In this document: positions 37,744 to 48,052 of the stretch, piece after piece | Position numbering within the stretch: position 1 is the stretch's first letter | How the letters are laid out: the number at the start of each line of letters is the position of its first letter | From: a virus | Length of the DNA stretch: 64,000 nt | Virus record (IMG/VR): IMGVR_UViG_3300023174_000074 | Span: 32,001-96,000 of that record | Strand: one strand, 5' to 3' | The notes under the pieces: model-generated | Database searches by the model: none | What the model was told of the DNA's origin: nothing | Seen by the model: only the letters and a program-made list of their open reading frames with translations | Made by a program: the position numbers and the translations under genes

Positions 37744-37976
37744 TAAACAAAATGAAGAACAGGTATTTCTAAGAGAACCTTCAAAAGAAAGAACTGCACT
37801 CTATGAATTAATGAGGATGAGATATCCAAATGGAAGCAAAGAAAAGCAACTAGAATTTTCTTTGGAGATATCGGACGAAAGAATATCAGATTACGCTGAT
37901 ATGTTTACTGTAAACAAATAATAAAATGAAAATAATATTTTTAGATGGCGATGATATATAAAATAAATATCTTATT

Positions 37977-38774
37977 ATGAATATATGTCAGCGATGCGGA
38001 AATAACCATGATGGCTCATACGGCTCAGGAAAATACTGCAGTAAAAAATGTGCATTTACAAAAAATGAAAATCAATTAGCCGCGTACAGAAAACCTAAGT
38101 CACTCGAAACCCGTATAAAAATGAGCAAACCAAAGTCTGACACTTCTAAGATGGGTAAGCGTGATAAATCGGGAGATAAAAATCCAAATTCACGGGTAAT
38201 AAATGGGAAATTAAAAGATAGAAATAATTCAGCTTATCAAAACATATGCGCATCAAATAAACGTAATGGTTTAGGCTGGATAGAAGAAAATTGCAAAGCT
38301 CACTCAGAAAAAATGAAAGGTGAAAGTAATTGGATGAAAGGTAAAAAACATTCACAGGAAAGTATTGACAAAATGAAACTTGCAATACAGGAAAAATATA
38401 ATTCCGGAGAATTTAACTCATTTACCAGATCAATATCAAAAGCTGAACGCGAAATTATAAAGTACCTAACTAATAATGAAATTAATATCATTAGTCAGTA
38501 TATAATAAAAGGAAGTCCATTAAGGTATGATTTATACTTGCCTAATAAAAATTTGATAATTGAATATTATGGTGACTATTGGCACGGTAATCCTAAAATT
38601 TATAAAAAAGATTCCCTATTAGGTAGGGGAACTAATAGATATACTGCTGGAGACAAATGGATGGCTGATAAAGAAAAAGAAAATTTTGCTATTAATGCAG
38701 GCTATGACATATTAATCATATGGGAGTCTGACTTTAATTCAAATAAACATAACATTTTAAATACATTATTATGA
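37977..38774 (+). CDS. homing endonuclease-like protein (NUMOD3 + Vsr/DUF559-type nuclease)
   Basis: CQRC..CSKKC; KGKKHS; YDLY...IEYYGDYWHGNP...IWESD. Confidence 0.8.
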   Translation: MNICQRCGNNHDGSYGSGKYCSKKCAFTKNENQLAAYRKPKSLETRIKMSKPKSDTSKMGKRDKSGDKNPNSRVINGKLKDRNNSAYQNICASNKRNGLGWIEENCKAHSEKMKGESNWMKGKKHSQESIDKMKLAIQEKYNSGEFNSFTRSISKAEREIIKYLTNNEINIISQYIIKGSPLRYDLYLPNKNLIIEYYGDYWHGNPKIYKKDSLLGRGTNRYTAGDKWMADKEKENFAINAGYDILIIWESDFNSNKHNILNTLL

Positions 38775-39337
38775 AAATTTTGTTCCTGGATAATGACGGA
38801 GTAATCTGTCTCTCAAATAATTGGGGAGGAAGAAGCAAAAAATGGTCTAGATATCGAAGTGAAAATCCAGAGTCTAGCAAGGAGTTAAAAGATGCTCCGG
38901 TTACTGTGAGATTCGATGACTTTGATAAAAAAGCGATATCAGTTCTCAATGAGGTTCTGGAAGAAACCGGTACGGAAATAGTTGTCTCTTCCGACTGGAA
39001 GTTGCACGGTAATCTAGAAGAACTTGGAGAGTATTACGAATCCCAAGGTATTTTAAAGAAACCTATAGCAACAACACCGAATCTCTATGACTTCGACGAG
39101 CAATCGGCTGGACTCTATCATTGGAAGGGTTGGAAAGAAAAAGAGAGAATATTAGAAATAGAAAAATACCTTGAGCTACATCCGGAGATTACTCATTGGG
39201 TTGCTATCGACGATCTAAACATGTCGCCTGAATATAACCAGGGGCATGGTCTAAAAAACTTTGTATTAACACCTAGGTCAAATGAAGGGATTAAACAATC
39301 GGGGATAAAAGATAAACTTTTAAGTTATCTGATATAA
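38771..39337 (+). CDS. HAD domain protein (Swiss Army Knife RNA-repair-like)
   Basis: FLDNDGV, VVSSDW, AIDD. Confidence 0.8.
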   Translation: MKILFLDNDGVICLSNNWGGRSKKWSRYRSENPESSKELKDAPVTVRFDDFDKKAISVLNEVLEETGTEIVVSSDWKLHGNLEELGEYYESQGILKKPIATTPNLYDFDEQSAGLYHWKGWKEKERILEIEKYLELHPEITHWVAIDDLNMSPEYNQGHGLKNFVLTPRSNEGIKQSGIKDKLLSYLI

Positions 39338-39356
39338 TAAATTGGATATATAATCC

Positions 39357-40139
39357 ATGGAAAATCGAATACACAATTTCGAATCATTTATAAGTTTAAA
39401 CGAGTCTAAAAGTGATGGAACAAGCATCATCATAGGTGATTCATGTACACCAAACATATTTAGGAGGTCTAAAACCCTTACTATGTTAGGAACTAATGGT
39501 TCTGAAGAAAGTTTATGGAAAAGTGGAATGGGGGTTAAATGGTTAAAATCAGCCGTTTCTAAGCATCCAGTTGAAACTAAAGTTAAAGATGTTGTAATAA
39601 ACATCGGAACGAATGGTGCATTTGGGCCTAATGATGATATTAAAGGACTTATGGTGGAATTAAAAAGGGTTTTTCCGCAGGCAAAATTTTCTGTTATTCA
39701 GGGATCATGGGGATGGGGAAATAATGTATCGGTAACTGCGGATAAGGTAAAGACATATTATGGCAGATTTAAAGCTGAAGGTGTTACAGTTATCGAACCT
39801 CCTATTGGAAAAGTGGCAGATCCACACACAAATTTACCAGTATATGATACCATAGCAAAGGAGATTGATGGCTTGGTAACAAACCAATCAGGTTATATTG
39901 TTCCAACAGATCTAAGAAAAGGAAACCCTGCAACAAGTCAAATCATTTCTAGAACTGGTGATTCTTATACATATAAAGTTGAAGGCGATCATTGGTTAGC
40001 TAAAAAAGATAGCCAATCAAGATGGTATGAAATAACGGGAGCAGATTTTAAACCTACATATCAAGTTTCAATTGACACATTAGATAAAGAAAATCCTAAT
40101 ATGAGATCTAACAATGCACCAAAAAAGGTACAGAAATAA
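39357..40139 (+). CDS. SGNH-hydrolase-like protein (putative virion protein)
   Basis: IGDS, IGTNG, DPH; MENRIHNFESFISLNES leader. Confidence 0.6.
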   Translation: MENRIHNFESFISLNESKSDGTSIIIGDSCTPNIFRRSKTLTMLGTNGSEESLWKSGMGVKWLKSAVSKHPVETKVKDVVINIGTNGAFGPNDDIKGLMVELKRVFPQAKFSVIQGSWGWGNNVSVTADKVKTYYGRFKAEGVTVIEPPIGKVADPHTNLPVYDTIAKEIDGLVTNQSGYIVPTDLRKGNPATSQIISRTGDSYTYKVEGDHWLAKKDSQSRWYEITGADFKPTYQVSIDTLDKENPNMRSNNAPKKVQK

Positions 40140-40152
40140 TAAATAATATAAA

Positions 40153-40245
40153 ATGAAAAAATTACAAGTAATTGATTTTTGGGCACCTTGGTGTCAGCCA
40201 TGCAAAGCGATGGAACCAACAATCGAGTCATTGATGACAACATTA
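40153..40245 (+). pseudogene. truncated thioredoxin (N-terminal fragment)
   Basis: IDFWAPWCQPCKAM, then runs into the antisense of the inserted membrane gene. Confidence 0.7.
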
Positions 40246-40279
40246 AATCGGGAAGCCAGTGTTTCATTTTTAGTTTCCA

Positions 40280-40609
40280 TTATTTATTGTCTTTTTTGTT
40301 TGAATTACCATTGGTTTCAATACCTTCCTTTGTTCCGAAGTAATAAGAGAAAATCATAAGCACCAATGTTTTAATCAAATCGAATAACTGAGTGTTTTGT
40401 TCGTCACTGAGTAACTTAACCTGCCAAGCTATTACCTTATCAACAATGAACAACGCAACCAACGAGGTGAATACTAGTAAGATAAATCGAACCAATATTT
40501 CCTGTGTATGTGTTGCAAACATTTTATTAACGTAATAGACTGACCCGCCTATTACACACAAACCCAATAGGATTCCAATTATCATTACAATTCCGCCTTC
40601 TGAAAACAT
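40280..40609 (-). CDS. holin-like membrane protein
   Basis: 3 TM segments, YYFG motif, downstream of endolysin. Confidence 0.6.
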   Translation of the reverse strand: MFSEGGIVMIIGILLGLCVIGGSVYYVNKMFATHTQEILVRFILLVFTSLVALFIVDKVIAWQVKLLSDEQNTQLFDLIKTLVLMIFSYYFGTKEGIETNGNSNKKDNK

Positions 40610-40622
40610 ATTTAAGTTGTAA

Positions 40623-41441
40623 TTATTTTAGTAAGTTATAGTATTCTTTGAAATGTTTTATGCGGTCTTGCAATCCCAAAATTCCGCCATTTACTCTTTT
40701 AGTTACTGATGTAACAACCTGATCGGTAGCGCCCTGATCACAAATTGACCAAAGTTTATTGTTGTTGAAGAACCAAGCAGCAGAAGCCAAAGGATATTTA
40801 GTAGCGACCAAACTAGGATTTGCCATAATATCATCATCTACAGTTTTATCAAAAGATTGGTGGTTAGCCTTGCCGGTTAACTGAATGAAACCTGCGCCTT
40901 TGTATTTCCACCCATCCCCAGATGCTTCGTCTCCGTTACCCATTCTTGATGCATAAACTCTATTAGCAATTTTTTCCGGGTTTCTTGCATATGACTCACT
41001 AATATTTCCTGGGAAATATTTGGGGAATGTTTTTTTTAATCCGTCAGCTGAATAGTTAAGGTTCTCTGTAACTGCTTTGAATCCCCCCGATTCGTGACCC
41101 GCTTGGGCCAAGAAGTGAGCTAATCTTAATACGTTAGTGATTCCGAATTTAGCTGCTGTATCTGGTATTTGTGCGATAACTGCATCTGGAATGTGTCCTC
41201 TTAAAGCATCTAGTTTAAATGCTGAAGGTGGGATAGCTACTGGAGCTGCTACTGGAGAAGAGCCAAACATTTTAACCCAAGTTACGTCTCCTACTAAACC
41301 GTCTGCTGTTAGACCGTTAGCTGCTTGCCACGCTTTTACTTTTGCTTCCGTACCGGGACCAAAAGCACCATCGGCTGTTAAGCCTAATTTTTCTTGGAGT
41401 TTTTTTACATCATCTCCTTTAGATCCATTCTTCAGTAACAT
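40623..41441 (-). CDS. endolysin: PG-binding domain + GH19
   Basis: DGAFGPGTE/DGLVG; FLAQAGHES, ENLNYS, GAGFIQLTG, VNGG. Confidence 0.9.
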   Translation of the reverse strand: MLLKNGSKGDDVKKLQEKLGLTADGAFGPGTEAKVKAWQAANGLTADGLVGDVTWVKMFGSSPVAAPVAIPPSAFKLDALRGHIPDAVIAQIPDTAAKFGITNVLRLAHFLAQAGHESGGFKAVTENLNYSADGLKKTFPKYFPGNISESYARNPEKIANRVYASRMGNGDEASGDGWKYKGAGFIQLTGKANHQSFDKTVDDDIMANPSLVATKYPLASAAWFFNNNKLWSICDQGATDQVVTSVTKRVNGGILGLQDRIKHFKEYYNLLK

Positions 41442-41760
41442 ATTTTTTTGGTTTTTTTTTATATATCCCCGCTTTTTGTTTTTTTACTAAAGCGTTTATC
41501 CTATAGTTGAAACAAATTACTACATTTAGCTAAAGATAACAAATAAAATAAGATATGACAAAAATTTAGAACAAATTAAAGAATTATATGATAGTACTAT
41601 GAACAGTATATCGGATAAAAAATTTTCTTTGATGATGGCTATTGAGCACAAGAAAATTAATCCAAAGGTTGATGTTTTTTCAAAAGCAAAAGAATATTAT
41701 AAATGGATCATAGAATCTAATATTCCTGATGAACTTTAATAATAGCAATAAATTAAAAAT

Positions 41761-42435
41761 ATGATATACATTTCAGTGGATGTCGAAACAACAGGACTAG
41801 AAAAAGATCGCTATCAGATTCTTTCAATCGGTGCTATCCTTGAGGACACAACCAAGAAACTTAGTTTTGAAGAGATACCTAAGTTTCACGCAGCCATCTT
41901 GCATAACGAGATAACAGGTTCACCCTTCGCTATCAATATGAATAGTAAGATCATCGAAGCAGTTGCTCAATATCAGAATGCAGAGAATCAGGATGAGAAG
42001 AACGATATTGTACAGATGACTGGTATGCAATTCTATCAAGAGGATCAAGTTGTCGAAGGATTTTACCGCTGGCTTTTTGATAATGGACTGGTTGATTTTG
42101 ATCCTTTGTTAGCGGGTCAAATGGTAGGGATAGAAAATGGAAAGAGCTATCCGGCTTTAACATCAAAGATGAAACCAGTTACAATTAACGTGGCGGGTAA
42201 AAACTTTGCTTCATTTGACAAACACTTCTTAGAGAGATTACCTAGATGGAAACAAGTTATCAGACTTAGACAACGCATCATCGATCCATCTGTCATCTTT
42301 ACCAACTGGAACGAAGATAAGTCAATGCCTTCTTTATATGAATGCAAACAGAGAGCTAAAATCCAAGGCATAGTTACACACGATGCTTTAGAAGATGCTT
42401 GGGACGTTATACAGTTACTGAGAACACAATATTAG
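41761..42435 (+). CDS. DEDDh 3'-5' exonuclease
   Basis: DVETTG, GKNFASFD, HDALEDA. Confidence 0.85.
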   Translation: MIYISVDVETTGLEKDRYQILSIGAILEDTTKKLSFEEIPKFHAAILHNEITGSPFAINMNSKIIEAVAQYQNAENQDEKNDIVQMTGMQFYQEDQVVEGFYRWLFDNGLVDFDPLLAGQMVGIENGKSYPALTSKMKPVTINVAGKNFASFDKHFLERLPRWKQVIRLRQRIIDPSVIFTNWNEDKSMPSLYECKQRAKIQGIVTHDALEDAWDVIQLLRTQY

Positions 42436-42440
42436 TGATC

Positions 42441-42504
42441 ATTAGTCGCGGGAGAGAACGCAACAGATCATAAGGGTGAACATGTTCGAGCCATGGCTAC
42501 TAAT
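42441..42504 (+). ncRNA. possible tRNA-like structured RNA (degenerate)
   Basis: ATTAGT/ACTAAT closing stem and CATG-TTCGAGC-CATG T-arm-like hairpin. Confidence 0.3.
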
Positions 42505-42532
42505 AAATTGGGGAATATAAAAACAAAACAAT

Positions 42533-42718
42533 ATGGGATTTTTAACAAACATGATAAGCGCTACTATTAAGACAGCTCTTACACCTGTGGCTATAGTAAA
42601 AGATGTAGTAAGCATAGCTACTGGTGAAGAAGCAGATGCTACAAAGAACTTACTAAGTAGTGCAGCTGAAGATGTAGCCGACGCAGCAGACGAATTAGGA
42701 GACGGCGAATTTCTTTAA
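42533..42718 (+). CDS. small hypothetical protein
   Basis: ORF. Confidence 0.6.
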   Translation: MGFLTNMISATIKTALTPVAIVKDVVSIATGEEADATKNLLSSAAEDVADAADELGDGEFL

Positions 42719-42722
42719 ACCT

Positions 42723-43385
42723 ATGGTTGATTACGAAATAGAGGAAATTCTGCCAAAGATATTTGCTCTTAAAATAGAGGACGGATATCAGAGGGCTATG
42801 CTTTTTATGAGGAGTCAAGAACACTATGAATCTGCATTCCCCGAAATAAAAGGGAAACACTTCGATGCTTTTTTCTTTATGGAGACATATAGGAAATGGA
42901 AAGGTGTAGAATACTTTTCATATCCTGACGACTGGGCGGGTTTTAATGTGCCCGGTGAAATTGTCGAACTTTGCACTAAACATGTTTTAGATGCACGTAA
43001 TGGACTTTTTCCTACCCCCTATGATTATATCATGGATTCGGTAATTAGCTCAATAAAGAGCAAAATAGGACCAGATACGAAATACTATTTACTTGGTGTA
43101 GATAGCTTTGATAGCAGAACGATGAATCATGAGTTAGCCCATGGTCTATATCACGTTAATCTAAAATATAAGGTGTCTACCTACGAGCTAGTCCTGGGTT
43201 TATCTAAGAAAATTTTTGAAGATATGGAAAGAATACTTTTAAATATGGGATATTGTGATGATGTAGTTTGTGATGAGATCCAAGCTTATATGTCTACGGG
43301 ACTAACAGCAGATATGTCCAGGATAAAAGGTATAAAGAAAGAAACTAAATCTTTCTCTGACAACTTTAAAAAATATTTATCTTAA
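42723..43385 (+). CDS. hypothetical protein with HExxH motif
   Basis: HELAHG, DEIQAY. Confidence 0.7.
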   Translation: MVDYEIEEILPKIFALKIEDGYQRAMLFMRSQEHYESAFPEIKGKHFDAFFFMETYRKWKGVEYFSYPDDWAGFNVPGEIVELCTKHVLDARNGLFPTPYDYIMDSVISSIKSKIGPDTKYYLLGVDSFDSRTMNHELAHGLYHVNLKYKVSTYELVLGLSKKIFEDMERILLNMGYCDDVVCDEIQAYMSTGLTADMSRIKGIKKETKSFSDNFKKYLS

Positions 43386-43399
43386 TTTATAAAGAACGT

Positions 43400-43431
43400 A
43401 AAAAAAGCCTAGTTTATGCTAGGCTTTTTTT
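43400..43431. terminator. bidirectional terminator
   Basis: A run-GCCTAG...CTAGGC-T run between convergent genes. Confidence 0.8.
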
Positions 43432-43447
43432 ATGGCATTATTTACTG

Positions 43448-44857
43448 CTATGGATTAGATGGATAACCAGACTCTCTATGAAGTTTTTCGAAAACTTCTT
43501 GTTGTTTTGACTCCTTTAAATACTTAGCAAGATCTCTGACGGTATCAAAATCTTTAGCATCTAGAGCTTTATCTATTAATTTTTCGATTTCTCTCTTAGA
43601 AAGTTCTGAATAATCAATTTCTTCAGGTTCTGCTTGTGCTCTACCTGGGGTTTCCTTGCTTGGCTCATAGTCATCATCATTATCAATGCCTGCTTGTCCT
43701 AGTTCATATTTACCAATCTCTTCTGCTACCTCGTCGATAAACTCCTGTACTACTGGTTTAGCTTTAGAATCCTCATTAAGTATCATGTACATAAGATCAA
43801 GAAAATCTTTAGCATCCATTGCCATCATCTTGCCGAAAACGTGTTCCCTTAAGTTAGGTATGGTATCATATTCAGGGAAAGTACTGATAAAGTCTCTAAG
43901 ATCTGCGGCAATTTCTGGGCCATATCTAAGATCTTCGATCTCATCTGCTAATGAATCCGTGTTCATTATAACAGTTTCTGCTGTTTCTTCATCATCAGGA
44001 ATACCAACTGCAGCGATAAGTTCATAGATACCTTTAACCGATTCGTGAAGTAGCATAGCGAAATCAGTACCTAATGCATTGATAGTAGGTCCGGTTTGTG
44101 CGAATAGTTCTTCAGTTTCCTCTGGTACTTCTATACCGTCTTCTAATTCACTTAAGATCCTTTGTGCAAGCTCTTCAGGATTCTCTTCTTCGTCGGTGTT
44201 CCATTCAACTGTTACAGATCCGCTGAATCCTGATTTATCCGCTGTCCACATCGCTAACTGAACTTCCATTGGGATTTGCCAATCGAAGAATCCAGCGATT
44301 TCTGTGATCTTATTAAGTAGATCTTTATACTCTGCACCTTGCTCTTGCCCTAAGATCCTAGTTAAACCATCTCTAACCTCAGGTAGATTTAGTATTAGCT
44401 TAGTGTTCTTAGCTTCCCCTTGGGTGATGTTGTTTGCTATCTCTCTTTTTTGAATTTCTGAAATGATGTTAGCATCCTTAAGCTCTTTAAGCTGTGGCAT
44501 TTCTGGTGGTTCTGATGGAACATTTTCCATAGATTTCTTAATCTGATCATCCTTAGGAAACTTAATGTTTAACGTGACTTCCTCTAGAATAGACCCGTAA
44601 TAAGCTCTAATTGCATCTTCTGCAAGCTTTTCTAGTTCCTTTTCTTTTCCTGCTTGAATTTGTCTTACTCTAGAAACAAATGACATGAATCTAGGAATAT
44701 CAGCGCCATGTCTTCTTTGTAGAGCATCAAGTTTTTCTTTGGCTCTACCTTCAACCTTTGAAAGGTAATCGCCTTCTTTTCCGCCTTCTCCCGGTATTCC
44801 TGGGTTATCTTTCAGAGAGGCTTCGTCTACTAATTTTGTAAATGATTTAAAATTCAT
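43448..44857 (-). CDS. hypothetical phage protein (putative virion), C-terminal UVR-like motif
   Basis: 469 aa; LLHESVKG; IDKALDAKDF. Confidence 0.75.
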   Translation of the reverse strand: MNFKSFTKLVDEASLKDNPGIPGEGGKEGDYLSKVEGRAKEKLDALQRRHGADIPRFMSFVSRVRQIQAGKEKELEKLAEDAIRAYYGSILEEVTLNIKFPKDDQIKKSMENVPSEPPEMPQLKELKDANIISEIQKREIANNITQGEAKNTKLILNLPEVRDGLTRILGQEQGAEYKDLLNKITEIAGFFDWQIPMEVQLAMWTADKSGFSGSVTVEWNTDEEENPEELAQRILSELEDGIEVPEETEELFAQTGPTINALGTDFAMLLHESVKGIYELIAAVGIPDDEETAETVIMNTDSLADEIEDLRYGPEIAADLRDFISTFPEYDTIPNLREHVFGKMMAMDAKDFLDLMYMILNEDSKAKPVVQEFIDEVAEEIGKYELGQAGIDNDDDYEPSKETPGRAQAEPEEIDYSELSKREIEKLIDKALDAKDFDTVRDLAKYLKESKQQEVFEKLHRESGYPSNP

Positions 44858-45113
44858 ATTTTTGTTTTAATTTTGAAATGTTAAATTTTATAGGGGCGTT
44901 AGCCTTCTTAAGTTCCCTCATAAATCTATCAACAACGTCAGCTGCTTTAGCTTTAGTACCTGGCTTAACAGATGGTTTGTCCCTTCTGATTGGGCTTGGT
45001 CTTGAAGGAGTTGGCTTGGTACTTGGAGCAGTACTTGGCTTTGTAGTTGGCTGGCTAGGAGCTGTTTGTGGCTTAGTTGCCAAAAACTCTTCTATTTTGG
45101 TAAAAACTTTCAT
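44847..45113 (-). CDS. Pro/Thr-rich hypothetical protein
   Basis: MKVFTKIEEF leader. Confidence 0.65.
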   Translation of the reverse strand: MKVFTKIEEFLATKPQTAPSQPTTKPSTAPSTKPTPSRPSPIRRDKPSVKPGTKAKAADVVDRFMRELKKANAPIKFNISKLKQKYEF

Positions 45114-45173
45114 AGTTGTTTTTTAATTTAGATATATATCTTCATATAAAAAAAAAATATAAAATTATATCTT

Positions 45174-46748
45174 ATGATGAAATATAGTTTCCCAACATTT
45201 ACAGAGAAACAAGCTCTGATGGAAAATGTCCAAGCTGCTAAGGATTATCTTTTGAAGAGATATGCCCTGAAAAATAAGATTAAAACATCCGAAATAGATG
45301 ACGAAACAAGAAAAAAGATCCTAGAAGATCCAAAATTTAAAGAGGTTAAGGATCTAACCGAGAAATCTCCGGGTTACACCCCAATGTTCGCAAAATTCAG
45401 ATTTGATCAAAAAGCTCACATGGAAGAGTTAAAAGAGATTTTTGACAATCTAATGAAATATAAGCAAACCTTAGGACAGGATTTGTCTATGAACATTAAC
45501 GATTACGCTAAAGTTGAGCCCACAGAAGATGATATCCGTCCAGGATATGAGGTTTTGGGTGATGATCTTAGAAATATCGAAAGAAAAAGAAAGCTTAAAA
45601 AACTATATGCTGAGTTAACTCCTAGAATGAAAAAATCTTTCTCTAAGGCAACGGACAAGCAAATCAAGGAGCTTACTGAAATTGCAAATCAGCTTGAACT
45701 TATTAAAAAGAAGAAAGTTTTAGAAAGTCCAAGAGGTGATAAAAAAGAGTCAAGCGCATTTGAAGCTTTCTGCTGGACGCTTAAGAAATATGATGACACT
45801 ACCACTTATCCAGAGTACAGAGACGAAAAGGTTGCTTTTGCGGATCTTATTAGAGACTCATTAGAATTCGCTGAAGGTTGGAGTCAAGACGAGTCCGGAT
45901 TACTTAAGAAGCTTAAAGATCTTGGTCCAATGGCAGGAATTCTTTATGCTAAGGACGGTTACATAGTGGAATCAGCTAGAACACCAGAAGCTCAAAGAGC
46001 AATATGTGCAGATACCAACTGGTGTATTAGAACAGATTCAACATTCTGGTCATATGGTGGTGGAAGAATACAGATCAACATCATCAATTCAAACGTTCCT
46101 ATTACCGATATCCACAGTTTAGTAGGAATAACTGTTAATCCTGACGGATCAATCCACACTGATGCTACCAGGCCTAATAGTAGACTAAGAGATAAGAACG
46201 GTAAACAGTACAGAACGCTAAAAGATGCTTTAGAAGGACTTGATTACCCTAAGGATCTAATCGACACCGTAATGGCTAAGTTCAAAATGGAGTGCGATAT
46301 TAAAATCGCTCTTGAAAGATACTATAAAGAAGGGGTTGGTCTTACTATTAGAAACATTATAGAATCTCTTATAACGACATCGAAAGGTTTCTTATCTGGT
46401 GCTATGCCACAGGAAGACTGGGAGAAGATCTCCGGATTGGTTGCTCAAATCATTTTTGAGGTTAAAAAAGATCTTAAGAAGAGCGATTTCATGAACGAAT
46501 TCAAACAATATGGTATTTTCAGTGAGGCAACATTAAATGTATTCGATAGACTTATCGGAGACGATTACACTAAAGCCGACATCGAAGATATATTAAAAGC
46601 AACAGAAAAAGGTATCGAAGAGATTAAGTACGTTTTAGAACTTAATTCAGAAGGAAGCCTTCCTCTAAAACCCGCTCAGGTTGAAATCATGAAAAATGTG
46701 GTTAAAGAAGAGCAAAACATAGCTAAAAGAATTAAATCTAAATTATAA
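45174..46748 (+). CDS. hypothetical phage protein (putative virion)
   Basis: 524 aa; TNWCI motif. Confidence 0.75.
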   Translation: MMKYSFPTFTEKQALMENVQAAKDYLLKRYALKNKIKTSEIDDETRKKILEDPKFKEVKDLTEKSPGYTPMFAKFRFDQKAHMEELKEIFDNLMKYKQTLGQDLSMNINDYAKVEPTEDDIRPGYEVLGDDLRNIERKRKLKKLYAELTPRMKKSFSKATDKQIKELTEIANQLELIKKKKVLESPRGDKKESSAFEAFCWTLKKYDDTTTYPEYRDEKVAFADLIRDSLEFAEGWSQDESGLLKKLKDLGPMAGILYAKDGYIVESARTPEAQRAICADTNWCIRTDSTFWSYGGGRIQINIINSNVPITDIHSLVGITVNPDGSIHTDATRPNSRLRDKNGKQYRTLKDALEGLDYPKDLIDTVMAKFKMECDIKIALERYYKEGVGLTIRNIIESLITTSKGFLSGAMPQEDWEKISGLVAQIIFEVKKDLKKSDFMNEFKQYGIFSEATLNVFDRLIGDDYTKADIEDILKATEKGIEEIKYVLELNSEGSLPLKPAQVEIMKNVVKEEQNIAKRIKSKL

Positions 46749-46749
46749 T

Positions 46750-48051
46750 ATGGAAAAAGTTTCAAATTACGAAGAATTTATTAAAAATTCGGGGAAAGAA
46801 GAATCTATAAAAAATTCGGATCAAGAAGAATTTATAGGTGAAGCCTATTGGAGTAGAAGCTGGCTTAATCCTCCAGGAAGAGAATTAATAGATGCTTTCG
46901 ACGGAGACCTTCCATCTGCAAGAGATCTTAAAAGAGGGTTATATGTAACCGTTCAGAGATTAGATGGTCAAAAGATCAGATTGGAGATCAGAGGAAGCTC
47001 AATGCCTAAAACTGCTATGTGGGTTAACGAGGATGGAAATTACTGTTGTGAACACTACTCAAGTAAACCAGGATTAGAAACATACGGATTTGCTAGTTTC
47101 GATACACCACAAGAACTTTTCAGACACATCTGGCTTAGAATAGTTAAGAACGGTATCCCTGCTTCACTTATAAGCAAGAGAGACGTTAACGAGAAGGTAG
47201 ATTTTGATAAAATGTACCCAGCAGGTGAAGAACTTACTCTTGATCAAATTAGAGAAAGACTTAAACCTATGATGGGAGGAGATCAATTAGCTCATCCTAA
47301 TAACACCGAACTACTTCAATTGGCAACAATGCAAAGGCTAATCGAGCTTGATTTCATAGGAAAGATTGAAAGATATTCTAGTAATAGTAAAGCAGTTAAC
47401 CTGGTAAGGGATATTTCTAAAGGTGGTAAAGTTAAATACTACTTCTATCTAAGAGCATTAGAAAGAGCTAAAGAACTTTATGGAGATCTAATTAAAGATC
47501 TAGTAGGTGGAGATGCACACGGACAAATGATTCAGAAAACTGACTACGAAACTTGGACAGTTACTAACACACAAAGAATGCCAATCAACTCAGTTAACTT
47601 TAGAACCGGAGAAAACACTTTAAGATGTAGATTAGAGGACATTGAAATGTTCAACGCGATTTTTATTGCTATCGCAAAAAGAACTTTTAAAAGAGCAAAG
47701 GGTAAATCAATAAACGAGAAATTGGTTATACCTGGATGGAGAGCATCAGCAGAAGATAAAGAGACGATGGAAGAGCTTAACGATCTTCTTGCAAACTATT
47801 TTCACGATGCAGCTGCGGAAGTAAGTCAAACTGTTTTCTTTGATAAAGAACATGACACGACAGCAGTACATGAGAATGCTAAGGCAATTCTAATTAAGTA
47901 CCTTTTAAAAGAAGGTTCAATGTCAGTTAAGAGTCTAATCACAGGAAACGATAGAATGTCTCAATATGTTGATATGGCAACTAGAATCGAAGATATTGAC
48001 GGATTAACTAAGAGATTGATCAATGTTTCTAGAGCATTAAGATACGTATAA
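46750..48051 (+). CDS. hypothetical phage protein (putative virion)
   Basis: 433 aa; MEKVSNYEEF leader. Confidence 0.75.
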   Translation: MEKVSNYEEFIKNSGKEESIKNSDQEEFIGEAYWSRSWLNPPGRELIDAFDGDLPSARDLKRGLYVTVQRLDGQKIRLEIRGSSMPKTAMWVNEDGNYCCEHYSSKPGLETYGFASFDTPQELFRHIWLRIVKNGIPASLISKRDVNEKVDFDKMYPAGEELTLDQIRERLKPMMGGDQLAHPNNTELLQLATMQRLIELDFIGKIERYSSNSKAVNLVRDISKGGKVKYYFYLRALERAKELYGDLIKDLVGGDAHGQMIQKTDYETWTVTNTQRMPINSVNFRTGENTLRCRLEDIEMFNAIFIAIAKRTFKRAKGKSINEKLVIPGWRASAEDKETMEELNDLLANYFHDAAAEVSQTVFFDKEHDTTAVHENAKAILIKYLLKEGSMSVKSLITGNDRMSQYVDMATRIEDIDGLTKRLINVSRALRYV

Positions 48052-48052
48052 T

